A stretch of DNA of 64,000 nucleotides from an uncultured virus (IMG/VR IMGVR_UViG_3300044233_005517). Lineage: Duplodnaviria; Heunggongvirae; Uroviricota; Caudoviricetes. The stretch lies in the IMG/VR virus record IMGVR_UViG_3300044233_005517. The stretch is one strand, 5' to 3'. The position numbers and the translations under genes are program-made. Below the pieces are notes generated by a model. That model ran no database searches. It had not been told where the DNA came from and saw only the letters and a list, made by a program, of their open reading frames with translations. Shown in pieces: positions 12,001 through 22,200 of the stretch. Position 1 is the first letter of the stretch. Every line of letters begins with the position of its first letter.

Positions 12001-15000
12001 TCGTTGAACAAACGACTTCCGTCAGATTGCTCTTCAGTATTTGCACTTGAGGTTACATTTGCGCCATTTAATATTAAGAATTTATCATTGTTTTTTCTGA
12101 AATTTAATTCAGAATAATATTTCATGTGATCTGAAATTTTAAATTCTGGAATGATCGTGAAGTTTTTTGCTGCTTTGCTGATGTCTTGTGTATAGTCTTC
12201 ATATGAATCATACCACGGATTCTTGCCTGAAAGTTCTGCTGTTCTCCATGCTAGCTTGTTTAAAGATGCTGTTTGGTTTTGACCCAAAGTTTTAGAACGA
12301 TGATAATAGTAAGCGGACGCAGTGGGATAGAAAGTGGTCTTGTTAGCCCAGGTTCCGTCTACGCCGCTACCTGAAGAGATGCCAATATACCCAGCAATTG
12401 TTTGCCAATTGGCAGAATTCAATTCTCCCGTATCAGAATACAAATCAACAAAATAACTGGAATCATTTGCATAACCTTCCAAAGTTCCTGTGGGGGCTAG
12501 TGCCTGACCTACGAACCTCGCTGCTCCTCCAGAAAGAACATTTGTGTCCCAAAAAGTTAATGGGGTCCTCCCCAAACCATAAATACTGGTGGCGGAGGCG
12601 TCTAGGAAGCCTTGTGAGTTTGGAAGAGTAGTGGCGATATCTGGATAATAGCCTGTAAAGTTGGTGCCACTTATATTATATTCAACACCTTCAAAAAATA
12701 TTCTGCGATTTCTTAAAGAATCGTTGTCTCTCCATATTGAACGTCGCAAAAGTGGTCCACGATCAATTCCATTTGATCCTGTTGAGAATGAAGCAGAACC
12801 GTCGGTAACTGTTGCAGTTTCTGCATAGTTGACCCTTGTTCTTGTTTGCGCCAAGCCTGTTCTTGCATCACGCGGATAAATAACTTCGCCATATTTGTTA
12901 TTAAGAATGGTTTGTCTTGTCTGTTCTGAAGAATAAACATTATCATACATTTCTTTAGATTCTGGCTCAATAAAGCCAATATAGTCAGAAATAGATCCTG
13001 TATTTCCAATAGGTTGCGAGAAGTATTGCTTCTTGTTGCTGTACTCGTGTTGAATAGTGGCAGTTTCACCGCTTGGATCAGAAAACTTTGTTTTAAGTGG
13101 TTTATTCTTGAAACTTACAGGAGGCTCTGTAAAGTTTTTAAACGTATCTGGTTTCCTCTTCAAAAACTGGGCGACCTGTCCGCTGCCGCTTCCGTTTTGA
13201 ATCGTGACAACTGAAGGGGCTGGAGATACTGATAAAGTATTGTTTTTATTGTGGTATCTTATTATCGGTGAATCACCGTTTCTTAATTGACTCCACGATG
13301 AAACACCATATGGTCCATTTCTGTGAACGAATAAAGAATTTGGAACATCTCCATCTGAAATAGATGCTATGTCTGTATTTTTATAAGTGCTTGTTGAAGA
13401 ACTTAATATGTTTGAGTCGGGATTTATAGGATCGATTATAAGAGTATTTAAGCCAACGAAATCAACAAAGATATCAGATGCGTTTACTGAACTTTGTGCT
13501 ATAAACGGAAGTGCAGATTGTGTCACGGATGTCGAGCCGCTTGGAGATGTAAAAGGCGTCACATACCCAAACGTATCACATGCAGACTTGGAAACAGAAG
13601 AAGTTATCCAAGCATACTGAAACGCACTTTGCGGAATTGCATGTTGTAGCCACCAGTTGTCATATGTAACAGCACAATCGTTATTTTCTTTTACAACATG
13701 GCGAGGGTTTCGATTGGTTTTATGATATGCCGCGTTTGTATTGTAATCCTCTTCTCTCACAGAGCTTCCAGACTTAATACCAAACTGACCAGCATGTTCT
13801 GTGTACCACTCATCCAGAGCATTTCTTACAGCTAGGTTTCTGTAATTGATAGTATTGTAGACTGAATATTCTGCACCGAAAACATTTAAACCTCCAGCTG
13901 TAGTTTCAGGACCACCAGGAGCAGAAAACCTTTCAACAAAAATAGATTTATTTGTTCCGGTTAAGTCATAGCGTGGCAGCTCATATTCAAAAAGATCTTT
14001 TACATACGATGACGAACCATTAGTTGGCGTTGCATATTCTGTTTTTATAGCGTATCTATCGTTTGTTGTTCTCCCAACTGTTTGAAAAATTTCATAATCA
14101 TGTTGATAGTTTCCAACAGTTTGTGAGCCGGTATTATACTTTATGTTTTGTATATTTACTGGGCGTTTTGCAAGACCATCTCTTAATTGTGTAGCTCTTG
14201 CTTGTGTATAAGTTCTTGCAGACAATTCAATAGAATTGCCGGATACTTGAAGGTTCCACCCTTCTGCTCTTAAATCACCATTTGCTTGAGGGGTTGTTAC
14301 GATTCCTTGATGCCTATACTGCTTTCCACCTACATGCTCTTGAGTGAATGGACCCTGAACTGGGATTCCTCCTTCGCCGTAAGAATCATCATGATAATTG
14401 GTAACATCGATACTCGCTGTTAATGATTCTGGAAATGTGGAGTCGGTTGGATTGAAGTTACCTCTTATCTGCGAAACATACCCACTTTCCACTGATGAAC
14501 TATAAAGTCCAAATGGGGCGGCAGTCGATCCTTTATCGCTTAAATAACCAAGAGGCTCTTTTGAATTTTGAAATTTAAATTCAGTTCTGCCTTTTCCTAA
14601 AGTCTTGTTTTTAGTGCTGTTAAATTTCTTTAACTTGACTTGATTTGCTGGCACTGAAAGGGTTGTGTCCGAGCCTAATTCAAGCTGCTCTTTTGTGTAG
14701 TCAGTGTGCTTGTTGTTGTTGCTCGTGTTTGAGCCACCATCATAAACAATTGGAGACTCTGAAATGACAGAAGTGATTGAAACAGTTCTTGTTTTCCCTT
14801 CAGCCTCCAAAAGCTTTCTGTCATTGAGTGCCTCTCGTACAGGAACTGTAAATTTTGAAGCTGCTTCTGGTCCAATAACTTTTGCGATTTCTTTTAATTT
14901 TAATTGAACATACTCTTTATCAATTTTTTCTCTGTTTCTAATATCATCTAAAAGTTGTTGAAGTAAAATATCTTCTATTCGGTCTTGTTCAGATGGCGCG

Positions 15001-18000
15001 AGTAGTGAAGACCGTTGAGGGGCAGAGTAAGGACTACTGACTTGTGCTGGGCTGGTTGCTTGCGCTTCAAGCTCTGTAGGTCTCTTTTCTTCCGCAGTAG
15101 GAAATTTTGACCAATATTTATTTCTTTCAAGGACATGGCTTTCAATAACGTTGTTCATGCCGTCCATAAAGTTAGAAGAAGCAGGAACAAGTTGAACCAG
15201 CATTGTCGCAATAGATGAATCAATCCACTTATAGTATTCAACAAATTTTTCAAAATCTAAATCATTTTCAACGTTTGAAAAGTATATTTGTCTTAATTTT
15301 TCAAGCTGCTTATATTCTGGACGATAGCGATTAACTGGTTCACCAATCAGGTTGTTAAAATCTTTAATAGTGGAGAAGAAATTCAAAATATCTTTTGAAA
15401 TAATAGAATACATGCTCTTCTCAAAGGAGAAGTAATATTGTGTTGGTCTGGTTTCTCTCGTAAACAATTCTTCATCAGATTGAGAAATAACAGACACCAT
15501 ATTGGAACTGTTGATAACTTCTGGTAATTTTTGAACAGAAGAATTTACAAATTTTGTTTCCACAACATCTGTTGAGCTTGCTGGAAAAGATATTCCCAAA
15601 CCAGGATGCTGAATTTGAGTAATGTCATTTAAAAATCCATAACCAGTTATTCCAGCAGAACCAGATGAATAATCTGGAACAACAAACTGTCCACCAGAGT
15701 TTGATCCAGTAATTGTTTCAAAGTCCCAATTAAGAGCAAGCGTCTTAATATCTGGTAGATCATCTTGGTTTTGTCCAACTTCCGATCCCGAAATAGAAAT
15801 AAATTGATTATCTCCGGGGCTTTTAACGCCATAATTAAATGGGTTTTTGGCATGTGATTTTAGTTGTTCATCTTCTAACTTCTTTGCCCAAACCCTACAA
15901 CTTGAAATTTGTGCATTTGATTTTTGCAAAACCGTGCTTGTAAAATTTGTTCTATGAGCACCAACAAACATAACCTTTCTTGCTTGTAAAAAGTTTATTG
16001 CATCTGCGTTAGAAATAGAAGATGTTACATCAAAGCTATTAACTAAAACATCAAGAGAATATTGATATCCTGTGAATCTTACAGTGTAATCTGATGTGCT
16101 GCTGCCTGAAACAGAGCCTACAAACGGATCTTCTGGGTATACTCTTAATGAAAAATTCCATTTTGAGTTATCGTAGACATCCTTGAAAACGCTACTTGTT
16201 AATTCGGGCATAAACCCGCCAGCAGTCCCTGTTAATACAAAAAACGCCTCATCTCTATCTAAACTTTTTCTTACAGAATAAACTTGAAAGTTTCCATAAT
16301 CTGGACTTGCCCAACCACCAGATCCAGAATGCGTATGCGATCCAAATATAGATGAAGACAAAAAGCCGACTTCAAAAGATGTTGTTAGGTTCTTTGGAGG
16401 ATTTGGTTTAAAGTGAGATTCACACTCAAATGTACTACCCACATTAGCTGGCAAGTTATCAAATTTTATATACCCTTGGGCGTCTGTATCAGATGATGAT
16501 GCAGATAAATAAACCACAGAATCAAATCTATCAGGGTCAAAAAAGTCAACTGTGTTTTTTCTAACAACCGTATATGTCTCGTTCTCTCTTAAAAGGTATT
16601 CTGAATTGTTTCCGTAAAGATTAACATTGACTATTTCATCATCAATACCAAAGCACCTTATAAGATTTCTAAAGGACTTCTCTGTTCCTTTAGATTTGTA
16701 AATGTAAGAAAGATTATTGTATATGTTTGAATATATTAAGTTTTTTGTTTCGTTTATCTTTTTCTCAAAAAGCTCTCTTTCGTTTCTTGATGCAAGGTAT
16801 TCAAGGTTTGTTGCATTTGATAAGATCTCGTCATTTCTCATTCCGAACGATCTTAAAACTTCAGACATATATGGAGAAACATTAGAGCCGCTTTGTAAAT
16901 TTTTATAAGTTCTTTCTTTAATCTCTGACATATTTGAAATTTGCATTTGCAAATTATCAAAATAACTGCCAAGAATTTGTGTTAAATTACGAAGTGGCGA
17001 TGTTGCATTACCCTGCTCCTCTGAAGTTATCCAACTTGGGAGAGACCAATACAATGCTGAATTATTTTGGGCATCATGTAATTTACCTGCATCTTCATAT
17101 TTTGTTTTTAGTGCCACAACACTTGGATGTGTTGAGTAAATTATTGGATCTTTTGGCTCAAAGCTTGCTGCATTGGAAAGCACCATCGCTGAACCTGTCT
17201 CTCTTGAAGTGGCAGAGTAACCAGTCCAAGCACCATTGGATGATCTACCAGCGTAATCCAACACGACTGCATCTTGAGAATTAATCGAAGAAGAGTTTAA
17301 AATACCCTCGTTGAACTTATAGTAAATGCCCAGATCAACATTTTTTGAAAGATCATATTTTTTTGATGAAGATACAGCTAATTCATAATCAGTATTTGCT
17401 CCACCATTTACAGAAGTGAACCAATTTTGTTTAATTTGCTTTTCACTTCTCTCGGTTTTCCAAATACGAAAATCATCAAGTGAACCCGACAACTTACCAT
17501 AGCCATCTTGACCTATTCCAGAGACCTCTGTTTCTCCAGTCAATGCCCCAATATATCCAAAAATGGATCCAGTTATTCTGTTGATTGCAGCACTGGCAAC
17601 TGTCGTAGTTGAGTTTAATTCACCATTTAAATAAGTTTTAGTGAGTAAGTCAGCTCCTGAATTTTTAAAAGTTACTGCGTAGTGATTCCAGGTATTTCCT
17701 GTTATAGGCAAGTTAGAGCCAACTGACACGGCTTCTGAAACACTTCCTGAAGCTATCTCTATTTTAATAACGTTTGGCGAAGTCCTATCAATGTAGGTAG
17801 TTAAGCGACCAACTGGTGATGCTTCTGTTTTAGATATGTCAAAAATGACTTGTGCTGTAGATTCATCAGTCTCGCTCCAACCATCTTTTTTGAGCCAAAA
17901 TTCAACACTAAAACCTTTTGTTCCATCAATATCGATATTGCTTTCTTGTCGTGAACCAGTTGCATAAACATTTGATCCACTAAAATATTGAGAAATTGAT

Positions 18001-18464
18001 TTTGAAAAATCGTATCCATCTGCTTGATTTGGTCCTGCATAGAATTTAATGTATTCATCTTTTGAAGAACCAGAGAAGTTACCAGAAGCAGGGGCAACTA
18101 CTGTTCCATATTCTTGACCAATATTAACATAACCATTTGTTTTCGGATAAAGATTATCAAAAAAATATTTATCCAGGTATGTTCCGCTTAATTCCCAATC
18201 AATCTTTTCTCTTTCGGAACCATCATAAGGATATTCGTTTGTTATATAGTTTATTGAATCAGTGTAATATTTTTCTGCTGAACCATAAAATGCAAAATTT
18301 GAAGCTGTCGTAAAATCAATTGATGGAATAAATTTTTTGGCTTGTTTTACTCTTGATTTAACAAAATCCGCAGATTCAATTGTATCGCCAATTCCAGAAA
18401 TGCTGGTATTGGTTAGGATTTTGTTTGATTTAGAATTATTAAAAAGATCTTTAATATCAGCCAT
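9036..18464 (-). CDS. Giant baseplate/tail-associated protein with LamG/ConA-like domains
   Basis: 3142 aa; LamG signatures (FSVEFWLKK, WNHYAVTF, YLNG, GSLDDFRIWK); YKSKGTEKSFRNLIRCFG resembles baseplate wedge (gpI/gp7-like) motifs; adjacent to the gp6-like gene. Confidence 0.7.
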   Translation of the reverse strand: MADIKDLFNNSKSNKILTNTSISGIGDTIESADFVKSRVKQAKKFIPSIDFTTASNFAFYGSAEKYYTDSINYITNEYPYDGSEREKIDWELSGTYLDKYFFDNLYPKTNGYVNIGQEYGTVVAPASGNFSGSSKDEYIKFYAGPNQADGYDFSKSISQYFSGSNVYATGSRQESNIDIDGTKGFSVEFWLKKDGWSETDESTAQVIFDISKTEASPVGRLTTYIDRTSPNVIKIEIASGSVSEAVSVGSNLPITGNTWNHYAVTFKNSGADLLTKTYLNGELNSTTTVASAAINRITGSIFGYIGALTGETEVSGIGQDGYGKLSGSLDDFRIWKTERSEKQIKQNWFTSVNGGANTDYELAVSSSKKYDLSKNVDLGIYYKFNEGILNSSSINSQDAVVLDYAGRSSNGAWTGYSATSRETGSAMVLSNAASFEPKDPIIYSTHPSVVALKTKYEDAGKLHDAQNNSALYWSLPSWITSEEQGNATSPLRNLTQILGSYFDNLQMQISNMSEIKERTYKNLQSGSNVSPYMSEVLRSFGMRNDEILSNATNLEYLASRNERELFEKKINETKNLIYSNIYNNLSYIYKSKGTEKSFRNLIRCFGIDDEIVNVNLYGNNSEYLLRENETYTVVRKNTVDFFDPDRFDSVVYLSASSSDTDAQGYIKFDNLPANVGSTFECESHFKPNPPKNLTTSFEVGFLSSSIFGSHTHSGSGGWASPDYGNFQVYSVRKSLDRDEAFFVLTGTAGGFMPELTSSVFKDVYDNSKWNFSLRVYPEDPFVGSVSGSSTSDYTVRFTGYQYSLDVLVNSFDVTSSISNADAINFLQARKVMFVGAHRTNFTSTVLQKSNAQISSCRVWAKKLEDEQLKSHAKNPFNYGVKSPGDNQFISISGSEVGQNQDDLPDIKTLALNWDFETITGSNSGGQFVVPDYSSGSAGITGYGFLNDITQIQHPGLGISFPASSTDVVETKFVNSSVQKLPEVINSSNMVSVISQSDEELFTRETRPTQYYFSFEKSMYSIISKDILNFFSTIKDFNNLIGEPVNRYRPEYKQLEKLRQIYFSNVENDLDFEKFVEYYKWIDSSIATMLVQLVPASSNFMDGMNNVIESHVLERNKYWSKFPTAEEKRPTELEAQATSPAQVSSPYSAPQRSSLLAPSEQDRIEDILLQQLLDDIRNREKIDKEYVQLKLKEIAKVIGPEAASKFTVPVREALNDRKLLEAEGKTRTVSITSVISESPIVYDGGSNTSNNNKHTDYTKEQLELGSDTTLSVPANQVKLKKFNSTKNKTLGKGRTEFKFQNSKEPLGYLSDKGSTAAPFGLYSSSVESGYVSQIRGNFNPTDSTFPESLTASIDVTNYHDDSYGEGGIPVQGPFTQEHVGGKQYRHQGIVTTPQANGDLRAEGWNLQVSGNSIELSARTYTQARATQLRDGLAKRPVNIQNIKYNTGSQTVGNYQHDYEIFQTVGRTTNDRYAIKTEYATPTNGSSSYVKDLFEYELPRYDLTGTNKSIFVERFSAPGGPETTAGGLNVFGAEYSVYNTINYRNLAVRNALDEWYTEHAGQFGIKSGSSVREEDYNTNAAYHKTNRNPRHVVKENNDCAVTYDNWWLQHAIPQSAFQYAWITSSVSKSACDTFGYVTPFTSPSGSTSVTQSALPFIAQSSVNASDIFVDFVGLNTLIIDPINPDSNILSSSTSTYKNTDIASISDGDVPNSLFVHRNGPYGVSSWSQLRNGDSPIIRYHNKNNTLSVSPAPSVVTIQNGSGSGQVAQFLKRKPDTFKNFTEPPVSFKNKPLKTKFSDPSGETATIQHEYSNKKQYFSQPIGNTGSISDYIGFIEPESKEMYDNVYSSEQTRQTILNNKYGEVIYPRDARTGLAQTRTRVNYAETATVTDGSASFSTGSNGIDRGPLLRRSIWRDNDSLRNRRIFFEGVEYNISGTNFTGYYPDIATTLPNSQGFLDASATSIYGLGRTPLTFWDTNVLSGGAARFVGQALAPTGTLEGYANDSSYFVDLYSDTGELNSANWQTIAGYIGISSGSGVDGTWANKTTFYPTASAYYYHRSKTLGQNQTASLNKLAWRTAELSGKNPWYDSYEDYTQDISKAAKNFTIIPEFKISDHMKYYSELNFRKNNDKFLILNGANVTSSANTEEQSDGSRLFNEEFFNEYSNTDFQQYFGKFSSDLELGKITLTCNGVKKLLPYNGFYPSHRTLQLASLFSQSLGPHIGGLGWNDGSPINSSFQNSGALAVQSMLQPYFAPGILYNTIKSGIAVDWAAYTGSNDSQGLENADQTYGFALGQASNYRIPFESILDPLSNIGFPVSSSDGEGKLQLLYPTYTNLNQGENNTPRAFSEARRPFAQITDFSRAKAISSGDYNLYRLGINNFLAETSKFFLENQELKSISSKRQEEISLVSGTAYYMDVVLEKDPNVVMIEDYLFETNNGQPTSITQFRTYNGQFFGPPTLGGSGFGDLSSSCTVNLPGIGDAVLYNTLPEFGYFQFTENAGDPLYAPYTPPYFYGKSKATIKYIADDDDEKGNFNYKKLFEKATVTYGNEQLKEKFTKIQKRSDYINWVTSSNDGSFVCSSSAASEYFVLSRSSGGGSWNFGATSANSRAVGEGQFLEWKAAGSSNKNRMVGLNNNPPAATTYTDMEYAIHMRSDETLNIFENGVNVYSNLVSGAFSPGDWFRILIEEDGTVKYQKSSANVNTNYPNGNERVGDLDSAGSSVTLFKYAQPGSYDTIFVSNTSSTTYTTTGSLYPDVSMQDNNAAIAYAQVSTIRQTYPAEEGAMQLSSSLNTFGILTEKQSRFDDKGNLIEVVDDPAESRNRWIISPKMETPILDFSNQPRVQQFGRGMWSGYGQLLTSSNGVTFGIEETFKNGFAEGSGSLVEKCFDTPQIRKVGEIADIKKISEAIVAIPYSPNPHGRGSKYAETTPVLDRNFFRIKTRTFDFYKKWYEANKNGNLSSIPVDEEGNKKPSESITKMLSIAGDYVLPPEIDFMTYDSGRTRVNPFAMYVFEFNHYLDSQDLADIWQGVMPKISTNPEFSDPSVDNNIFSHATGKDEFFHGKQLPPDTRWMVFKIKKRAGYNYFEVTPTNSDDEQFNLAFSLGKDNKLKYSYNWPYDFFSLVELAQVETENTFVSSDDQIDEEDN

Positions 18465-18475
18465 TTCTATTCCAC

Positions 18476-19939
18476 TTATTCTACTCTAAAGTTAAAAGCT
18501 TCTTTTTGTTCTTCATAGGCTCCTTGCAGGTAATAAGCAAACTTAATGCTGTACAAATAACCTGGCTCCAATAAGCTCATATCTAAATCAAAATAACTTC
18601 CACTTGCATCATAAGATAGTTTTGTATGGTTTGTACTTCCTGTTCCATAATTTATAACATCCTTGTCATCAATAACTCTTACGACCTTATAAAATGCATC
18701 ATCTACAAAATAATTTTGTATTTCCGTTGACGCTACTGTGTAAATAGTTGGACTCCAATCTTTTAATCTGGTAAATAGCCGAAATCTGGCTGTGTCGGAT
18801 GTACTATAAGATTCTTTTAAGTTAGTGATAGTTGTGACATATTGTTCAATATCATTATAATCATAAGGATCATGTGTTGCAGTGGAGAAAGAACCTGTAT
18901 TGTAATATGTTGATCCACTAAACCAACGATCATAAACCGTACTCGCAGTTGTGTTAAGGGCGAACGAAGCAGAATAAATACCAGTTGACACCCAGCCTCC
19001 AGTCACAGGATTATTTGGAGTCGCTGTTAATTGTTCTCCTCCAGAAGCGGAAGTGTGTAAAGTTACAAATATAGAGCCATTATCAACGTTAGCAATGTTT
19101 GTAAGTTGACCTCTGTGGTAATTGTATATGTAAAGAACATTTAAATTGTTTGCCGCAGTTAGAGCAGAGCTTGATACAACAAAGTTTCCTCTATTATCCT
19201 TTCTACTACTATCCCAGCGAGCTTCGATAATTGGTCTTGAAAAGAAATATTCACTATCACGAGCAGAAAACTTTTTAGTAAAATATGATTGATTTCCGCT
19301 TTCTTGACTTCCTGTCAGAAAAACACCAACGCCATAATTTCCATATCCTCCACCAGCTGTTCCTTTAATCCACTGCTCAACTAATCCGGTAATATCGACC
19401 TCTAAATCTTCCACACCAGTATTAAAATTTTGTGTATAATTGTAAGAGGAATAAGATGATGCAGTTAAAAAGTCGCCACCTTGGTTCGTCCATGGGGTAT
19501 TGGCTCTTGCGTTTATCCAATTTGAACCTGTTCCATCATATGTAAGGTCAGAATAGTTTTCCATATCCAAACCATTACCTTCCTCCCAGGATTGTGAAAC
19601 TGGAGAGACAACCAAAGTAAAATTTCTTGGGACTGTTTGATCGTGAGCAACATTAAACATTCTCAAGTAAAAATTTACACTACCGCTTGCAGGGATTTTT
19701 CCATTATTTCTATCTTGCAAAATCGTTGTAACGTTTGGGAGTATTGACGATGTAATTGGAAACTCAACCAAGAGCCTTGAGGCTTCTAATGAAGAACTAT
19801 TCGCCTGTGCATATATAGAAAAAACTTCAAGGCTGTCTGCCAAGCCCATATTGCTTCCAGTTCCCCTGGTTACTAAATCTGCTTCAAAAGCATTTGTGAT
19901 GGTGTTGTCTTTTTGTGCAAAGTATCTTTTTACTGACAT
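18476..19939 (-). CDS. Putative baseplate-associated structural protein (DNRLRE/carbohydrate-binding-like N-terminal domain)
   Basis: 487 aa; KDNTITN...SRLLVEF...SQSWEEGNG...W...GGDF...VDITGLVEQW pattern; coupled to the gp6-like gene. Confidence 0.55.
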   Translation of the reverse strand: MSVKRYFAQKDNTITNAFEADLVTRGTGSNMGLADSLEVFSIYAQANSSSLEASRLLVEFPITSSILPNVTTILQDRNNGKIPASGSVNFYLRMFNVAHDQTVPRNFTLVVSPVSQSWEEGNGLDMENYSDLTYDGTGSNWINARANTPWTNQGGDFLTASSYSSYNYTQNFNTGVEDLEVDITGLVEQWIKGTAGGGYGNYGVGVFLTGSQESGNQSYFTKKFSARDSEYFFSRPIIEARWDSSRKDNRGNFVVSSSALTAANNLNVLYIYNYHRGQLTNIANVDNGSIFVTLHTSASGGEQLTATPNNPVTGGWVSTGIYSASFALNTTASTVYDRWFSGSTYYNTGSFSTATHDPYDYNDIEQYVTTITNLKESYSTSDTARFRLFTRLKDWSPTIYTVASTEIQNYFVDDAFYKVVRVIDDKDVINYGTGSTNHTKLSYDASGSYFDLDMSLLEPGYLYSIKFAYYLQGAYEEQKEAFNFRVE

Positions 19940-21741
19940 TATCTAATAGTTCCTTTTACATCAACATCTGGAAATTTAATTTCAAATATGACATTATCTG
20001 GTGCCTTTATGTGCCTTCCATCATCTGATAAATTATCGCTAATATCAAATACTTGGGAAGAATAATTTAATCCAGTCAAGTTCTTTACGTTTACTCTTGA
20101 TACATCTGCAATTCCATCTATCTTGTTCAACCTACTAAACACTTCTGTTATTGAAAAAGGTTGACCGATATCAAATTTTGTATTGTAAAGATTTGAAAGC
20201 TCTTCAATTGCTTCAGTCAAAACATCATACTTGTTTGCTTCTATCTCCGCTATAGCTGTAAATTCTACCGATAAATTGACAATTTTTGCATCCAAAATAT
20301 CAATAGTGTCGTTTATCATTCTACTCGTATTTAACCAATTTTTTAAGTTTTCTTTTATAGTATTATTAGAAACTATTAGTCTACCAAAGTTATCTTCGGA
20401 AATAGTATAAAGATTCAAGTTTCTCTTAAAGGAGTCTGGATCTCTGTTTATCGATACTCTTTTAACGGCACCAAACTGACTTGGCATTGAGTAACACAGA
20501 ATTCTATAATCTTCTTCGGTTACTGCTCTATTTTGAGAAGTAAAAGAGCTGTATATTCTGTTTTTAAGTTCATCAATGCTTGGAAAGGAAACATCACCAA
20601 CAATCGGTTCAGAGTTGTTTACCTCTAATGAATTAATCACAGTTGATACTTGACCACCATTGAGCGATGAACGATTAACAAATTCAAATAAAGGAGAGCC
20701 AACACTGGTAATTGAATTTGCCGCAGAGTTAACATTTGATGCTTCATTCGTCCTGTAAGTGACAGTTAAGATTGTGTTGGATGGTGTAACCCCAAGTTTA
20801 TCAGTTTTTAATAGGTTATATGGGTCAAAATTACTATCACTGTAATAGTCTCTACCGTGTCTTCTCAAAACTGCATTCGTTGGTTCAATTAGTGGCTCAA
20901 CATCCACATCGGTAATTTCTGTTCCAAAACCAAATTGAAGAAATGTAGAATTACGATCTCTCTCTGTGACAAACCTACGTGGAACTGAAAATGGTCTTAA
21001 GTTTGCTTGTGTTACGTTCTTATCTGTTCCCCTGTTCGTAACAGCTCTATAGACCACATCTTGTGACAAGTAATCTACTTCATAATATGGATTGCCTTCA
21101 GAGTCAACAACTGAAACTATTTCGCTGATATTTGGAGAAGCAAGCTCTAATCTTAAAAACTTTTGGTAATCTCCAACTGTTATTTCTTCCACTTCAACAA
21201 TCCCTGAAATAACTTGTCCCGCAGTTTTAATAGCGTATGAAGTTGGAATACCCGTTGTGTTGTTAACTTCAGCAACAACTATTTCATTATCTGGATTTGC
21301 AAAATTAACATCTTCAATTAATGAAAACCCATTTCCATTTAGCGATGAAAATGTAGTGCCCTTTTTCAAAACTGGCATATAATCTTCATCTGGTCCAGAA
21401 CCAACAGGGGCGGCTGGAACAATAATGTATAAATCCACTTCTCCAAAAGATGATGGGCTACCTTGAAATTTATAGCCCAACTGTCTACCAAGTTTAATAA
21501 CGTTGTTATACTCTATTGCCGTATCTAAAAAGTTTTCATTTACACTATAATCAAGATAAAACGATAATATATCGCCAACGTATGCAACACTGTCAATCAT
21601 TAAGGAGCCAAAACCAGCTTCACTGTAATCTTTAAATGTGTCTGAATAGTATCTTTTTGCATAATCTATTAGATCTTGCCTAATAGAATTAAAGTCTCTT
21701 GAGGTGTATTTTATCGGTGGGTATTTTTTATTGTTCGGCAA
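19939..21741 (-). CDS. Baseplate wedge subunit (T4 gp6 / baseplate J-like)
   Basis: YTSRDFNSIRQDL...DYSEAGFG...AYVGDILSFYLD...E.FLDTA; FGFG; QNRAVTEEDY. Start moved to TTG 21741, which has a GGAG SD (track start 21756). Confidence 0.9.
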   Translation of the reverse strand: MPNNKKYPPIKYTSRDFNSIRQDLIDYAKRYYSDTFKDYSEAGFGSLMIDSVAYVGDILSFYLDYSVNENFLDTAIEYNNVIKLGRQLGYKFQGSPSSFGEVDLYIIVPAAPVGSGPDEDYMPVLKKGTTFSSLNGNGFSLIEDVNFANPDNEIVVAEVNNTTGIPTSYAIKTAGQVISGIVEVEEITVGDYQKFLRLELASPNISEIVSVVDSEGNPYYEVDYLSQDVVYRAVTNRGTDKNVTQANLRPFSVPRRFVTERDRNSTFLQFGFGTEITDVDVEPLIEPTNAVLRRHGRDYYSDSNFDPYNLLKTDKLGVTPSNTILTVTYRTNEASNVNSAANSITSVGSPLFEFVNRSSLNGGQVSTVINSLEVNNSEPIVGDVSFPSIDELKNRIYSSFTSQNRAVTEEDYRILCYSMPSQFGAVKRVSINRDPDSFKRNLNLYTISEDNFGRLIVSNNTIKENLKNWLNTSRMINDTIDILDAKIVNLSVEFTAIAEIEANKYDVLTEAIEELSNLYNTKFDIGQPFSITEVFSRLNKIDGIADVSRVNVKNLTGLNYSSQVFDISDNLSDDGRHIKAPDNVIFEIKFPDVDVKGTIR

Positions 21742-21762
21742 CTCGTTAATCTCCAAAAATAA

Positions 21763-22155
21763 TTAGTTATTAGGTAATGTTAATTCAATTTCGTCCGTCA
21801 CTTCCAAAGGTTTGATATTGTAAGAAAAATTAACTTTCAAAAAATTTGTTGGCAATGATGGATCGTTGTTGTTTGAAAGAAACACAATATCTATAATCTG
21901 AATATAAGGAAGGTAAAGAGATACTTGAGAACTTATTCTTGAACTTATTTCAGAGTAAAGGGTCGGTGTGTCGTTTTCAAACAGAAACCCACTTAAACCA
22001 ACCCCAAAATTTAAATCCATTATTCTTTCACCTGGATTTGTCAATAATAAATTTTTTACATTCTGTTTTACTAATTCCCTATACGAATCAATTAACAAAT
22101 AATCGTTAGAAAATCCGCGAGTGAGAGGAAGTTTTGGTGTTAATCCGCTTGCCAT
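21763..22155 (-). CDS. GPW/gp25 family baseplate protein
   Basis: KQNVKNLLLTNPGERIMDLNFGVGLSGFLFE is the gp25 signature. Confidence 0.92.
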   Translation of the reverse strand: MASGLTPKLPLTRGFSNDYLLIDSYRELVKQNVKNLLLTNPGERIMDLNFGVGLSGFLFENDTPTLYSEISSRISSQVSLYLPYIQIIDIVFLSNNNDPSLPTNFLKVNFSYNIKPLEVTDEIELTLPNN

Positions 22156-22200
22156 GATACATCTCCAACGAAATAATTATCATGAAATAAAATTTTTAGC

